The notes under the pieces are model-generated. The model did not search any database. It was not told where the DNA came from and saw only the letters and a list, made by a program, of their open reading frames with translations. This document shows, in pieces, positions 45,103 through 47,679 of a stretch of 47,679 bases of DNA; the stretch's first letter is position 1; every line of letters begins with the position of its first letter. The position numbers and the translations under genes were made by a program. Location: the NCBI GenBank assembly GCA_045545855.1, contig JAZQBR010000324.1:1-47679 (forward strand). The letters run 5' to 3'. Origin of the DNA: Kiritimatiellia bacterium (lineage in GTDB: Bacteria; Verrucomicrobiota; Kiritimatiellia; RFP12; UBA1067).

Positions 45103-46317
45103 TCAAAATTCGAAACCTACGGCGCAACATACGAAGACATCGGGCTTTTCTATGCGTCCAGAGACTGCCTCGGAGTGCACCTTGATGTCGTTCTGGCAGA
45201 AGCGCGCGAGTACATCGCACGAGAGGTCGAGCCGCCAAACCCTGAACATGACACCGAACCCGCCAACGCCGTAGCAGTCCCACTTGTCGGTCGTTCTGTG
45301 CGACGAATAGCTGCCGCCATCGCCGAATCTGCCCGACACGTCGATCTCGAACTCGCTTCTTGAAACGCCCACGCCCAGCGTGCCGGTAAGAAGCCACCAG
45401 TCGGTCAAAGCCCACCAGGGCTTGGCCATCAAGAGGGCGTTCCATTCCTCGTAGTCGCCCTCGGCGTAAAGGCTGTAGCTCGACGATGTGCTCGAAATCT
45501 GCTCTATCGTGCCTGGGCCGAGGTCCGACCAGTCCAGAACCGGCGCGAAACCGCCCGCCGAGCCCGACCCGTAGTAGCCGTCTGTCGGCTGGATGTACGG
45601 CGAGGTCAGTATTGCTTGGTTGGAGCCGTTGGGAGTGGGGGTGTAAAGGTATGACGAGCGGTCCATATACTTGCCGCCAGATCTCCCTTTGAAGCAGTTG
45701 TTGCGCCGCATCCACGAAAAACCCACAGCCAAATCGACGCCAAAACCATCCTCATGGGCGTACAGCGTGCGGGCGAGCTCGACCGACGCGCCAAAGGCCG
45801 TTTTGTCGTCAGAGCCGCGACCGGACATGCCGGCGCCGTCGATCTGGGCCGAATCGAGCCTGACCGCACCGGTCGTGCGATCGACCGACGAAGCGGGAAA
45901 ACGCCAATTCTGGGTGAACGTGCCCTCGTAGTTGCCCGACGGGTCGACGTATGCGCCGTTCAGAAACGACACCCGCCTGCCGCCCGCGAGCGCGGCCGCA
46001 ATATCTGCCGGCGAACCCACCGCCGGCGAAGTCGGACCCGAATATACGCGCTCAGGCACGGCGAAGCGCAACTTCGTCTTGAGGCCGAAACCGGCGAAGC
46101 CCCCGGCGGAGACGCGCCAGCCGTAGAAGCCGGCGCCCACACCTTCGCTTTCGCTCTCAACAAGCACCGCGCTCTCGACTGGAGTCGCGTTCTCGACTGG
46201 GGCCGCCGCGCTCTCGACTGGGGCCGCGCTCGCGGGAGATTCCTCTTCAGCCGGCATCGCCACCGGAACTATCGCCGCCAATACTGACGCACCTGCTGCA
46301 ACGAATCTTTTATTCAT
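45103..46317 (-). CDS. Putative outer-membrane beta-barrel protein
   Basis: Signal peptide, low-complexity linker, alternating amphipathic strands (WRVSAGG, FGASVEL, FGVDLAVGFSW, LTGTLGVGVS), C-terminal AVGFEF. Confidence 0.75.
   Translation of the reverse strand: MNKRFVAAGASVLAAIVPVAMPAEEESPASAAPVESAAAPVENATPVESAVLVESESEGVGAGFYGWRVSAGGFAGFGLKTKLRFAVPERVYSGPTSPAVGSPADIAAALAGGRRVSFLNGAYVDPSGNYEGTFTQNWRFPASSVDRTTGAVRLDSAQIDGAGMSGRGSDDKTAFGASVELARTLYAHEDGFGVDLAVGFSWMRRNNCFKGRSGGKYMDRSSYLYTPTPNGSNQAILTSPYIQPTDGYYGSGSAGGFAPVLDWSDLGPGTIEQISSTSSSYSLYAEGDYEEWNALLMAKPWWALTDWWLLTGTLGVGVSRSEFEIDVSGRFGDGGSYSSHRTTDKWDCYGVGGFGVMFRVWRLDLSCDVLARFCQNDIKVHSEAVSGRIEKPDVFVCCAVGFEF
46173..46221. repeat. Short coding direct repeats (PVE[SN]A) in the beta-barrel N-terminal linker
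   Basis: TCTCGACTGG at 46173, 46191 and 46212. Confidence 0.8.
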
Positions 46318-46329
46318 AACCCAACCGCC

Positions 46330-47679
46330 TTATTTCGCGCTTTCTGCATACGACAGGACGACTTTGAAGAACTGGTATCCTTCAGGCGGCGTGACGCTGA
46401 AGCGCCCTTCGCTGTCGCACTCCGCCGTGCAGATCGCCTTGAATCCGTCCGTAAGAGATTTCGCCCCCATCACTATGACGGACGCGTTGGCGCCAATAGC
46501 CCCCTTGTCGGTCCCGGCCCCGACTTCGACGGTGCCGCTCACCACGCCATCCGTGACAGTAAAGCCGACAAGCCTGCAGTAGGGTTCGCTCCCGGCCGCG
46601 ACCATGGCCCCGACCGCGAGCGACGCGTTGAGTCTCGCGACATCGAGAGGCGCCGTCGGCCCGACCGCCGCGAGCGACGATAGAAGCGACTTGTTCGCGC
46701 CAACCTTCACGTAGCTCTCGCACTCGCACGACTCGTAGGCGATATAGGCGACGAGATCGTTGAGCGCCGGTACGTCCTTCGGATTCGCCGGCCAGCATTT
46801 CGGCGCGTAGAGGAGTATCTCGGAGAGGGCCGCGTTTATCCAGTTCGCATCGTACCACGCCGCGCCCCATGTGCCGGAGTCTGCGCCGGCGACGCCATTC
46901 TCCGCGAAGCGGTCTTTCAGCGCGACCTTGCCGTACTCGACGCCATCGATCACGACCGTGTCTGCGACAGCCGCGTTTTTCTTGGCGTCCCAGAGCTGCA
47001 CGCCGTCGCGCTTTTCGAAGAGGAAGCACATGTTCTTCACCGTGCTCGCCCAGCCATAGCCTTCTTTCACCTCCAGCTCTATCTCGGGCACGTACATGCC
47101 CGAGAGCCAGTCGACGTACCACACCAGAGGCTTGGCCGACACCTCGGCGCCATCCCACAGAATCGCGTATGTCGAAAGCTTCGCGCCCCTCACGAGCAGC
47201 TCGCCCGCTTCTTCGTCCAGCTCGAAGCACTCGCCCAGCGCGTTCGCGTTGGCGCGCCCCTCGGGCAGCTCTGCCACGGACCCCGTCGATTCATCGCCCT
47301 CTGTCTCTTCGTGGTAGCGGGCGATACGCAGATTGCGCCGGCCCGCCGCCTTGAACGGCACAACCACAGTTACCACCCCGCCGTAGCCGGAGAGGTCGTG
47401 CAGCTTCTCCGAGAAGATGCCGTCGATGTACTTCGCGAGGGTGAAGTCGAGCGGCTTGGCGCACCCCGACGGAAGCTCCTCGCGTATCCTCGTATACCCC
47501 GCAGTGCTGCCGTCCGCCGGCATTTCAGTCACCGTGAAGCGAACTTCCACCTGCGACTTCTTGCCGCCGTCGACCTTGCGCGCGATGTCGTCAAGCCCGC
47601 CGACCACCGCCGGATAATCGCCCGAGCCGGTGTTGTCGACAGTGGACGAAACCCCGTTCGTGTCTGAAACAACAGTTTC
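46330..47679 (-). CDS. C-terminal part of a large surface/secreted protein; 5' end lies outside the window
   Basis: Frame stays open from the window edge (ETVVSDTNGVSSTVDNTG...) to the stop at 46330; beta-rich modules; GAKLSTYAILW; ends ...YQFFKVVLSYAESAK. Confidence 0.8.
   Translation of the reverse strand, partial: ETVVSDTNGVSSTVDNTGSGDYPAVVGGLDDIARKVDGGKKSQVEVRFTVTEMPADGSTAGYTRIREELPSGCAKPLDFTLAKYIDGIFSEKLHDLSGYGGVVTVVVPFKAAGRRNLRIARYHEETEGDESTGSVAELPEGRANANALGECFELDEEAGELLVRGAKLSTYAILWDGAEVSAKPLVWYVDWLSGMYVPEIELEVKEGYGWASTVKNMCFLFEKRDGVQLWDAKKNAAVADTVVIDGVEYGKVALKDRFAENGVAGADSGTWGAAWYDANWINAALSEILLYAPKCWPANPKDVPALNDLVAYIAYESCECESYVKVGANKSLLSSLAAVGPTAPLDVARLNASLAVGAMVAAGSEPYCRLVGFTVTDGVVSGTVEVGAGTDKGAIGANASVIVMGAKSLTDGFKAICTAECDSEGRFSVTPPEGYQFFKVVLSYAESAK

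Noticed and set aside
44612-45185. Short ORFs 44612..44842, 44820..45068, 44764..44970, 44979..45185, and also 40378..40773
   Set aside because: They overlap tRNAs, promoters or the terminator and lack SD sequences or protein motifs

Overview
A high-GC chromosomal segment, most likely from a PVC-superphylum gut/rumen bacterium such as Kiritimatiellae (inferred from protein style, not proven). About 39 tightly packed genes all lie on the minus strand, many joined by ATGA or TGATG overlaps; the only plus-strand gene is tRNA-Asn(GTT), and tRNA-Leu(GAG) is on the minus strand. Content is mostly housekeeping or metabolic: prlC, ribE/ribD, nusB, der, rhaB, folC, metY, trmL, rph, split class I fumarase, glnS, def, dut, galK with two FucP-type permeases, an acyl-CoA synthetase and tkt. 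There are also envelope genes: GT9, GT4, a UbiA-type prenyltransferase, a DUF2723-like TPR membrane protein, a PpiD-like chaperone, an HtrA protease with a PDZ partner, a beta-barrel, and a truncated surface protein. No integrase, transposase or CRISPR array was seen. The main observations are: (1) a candidate ~53-nt C-rich small RNA with its own extended -10 promoter, terminator and upstream palindrome; (2) a recurrent ATATG(C/G)TATAAT promoter that predicts leaderless mRNAs and supplies the stop codon of three upstream genes; (3) an identical 20-bp element upstream of both tRNAs; (4) a lower-GC nucleotidyltransferase with an unannotated partner ORF and an operator-like palindrome; (5) an HtrA paired with an apparently catalytically dead double-trypsin/PDZ protein; (6) a possible lipid-linked glycosylation trio; (7) a surface protein with a GPS-like motif next to a beta-barrel. 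All family calls come from motif recognition by eye; no database searches were run.
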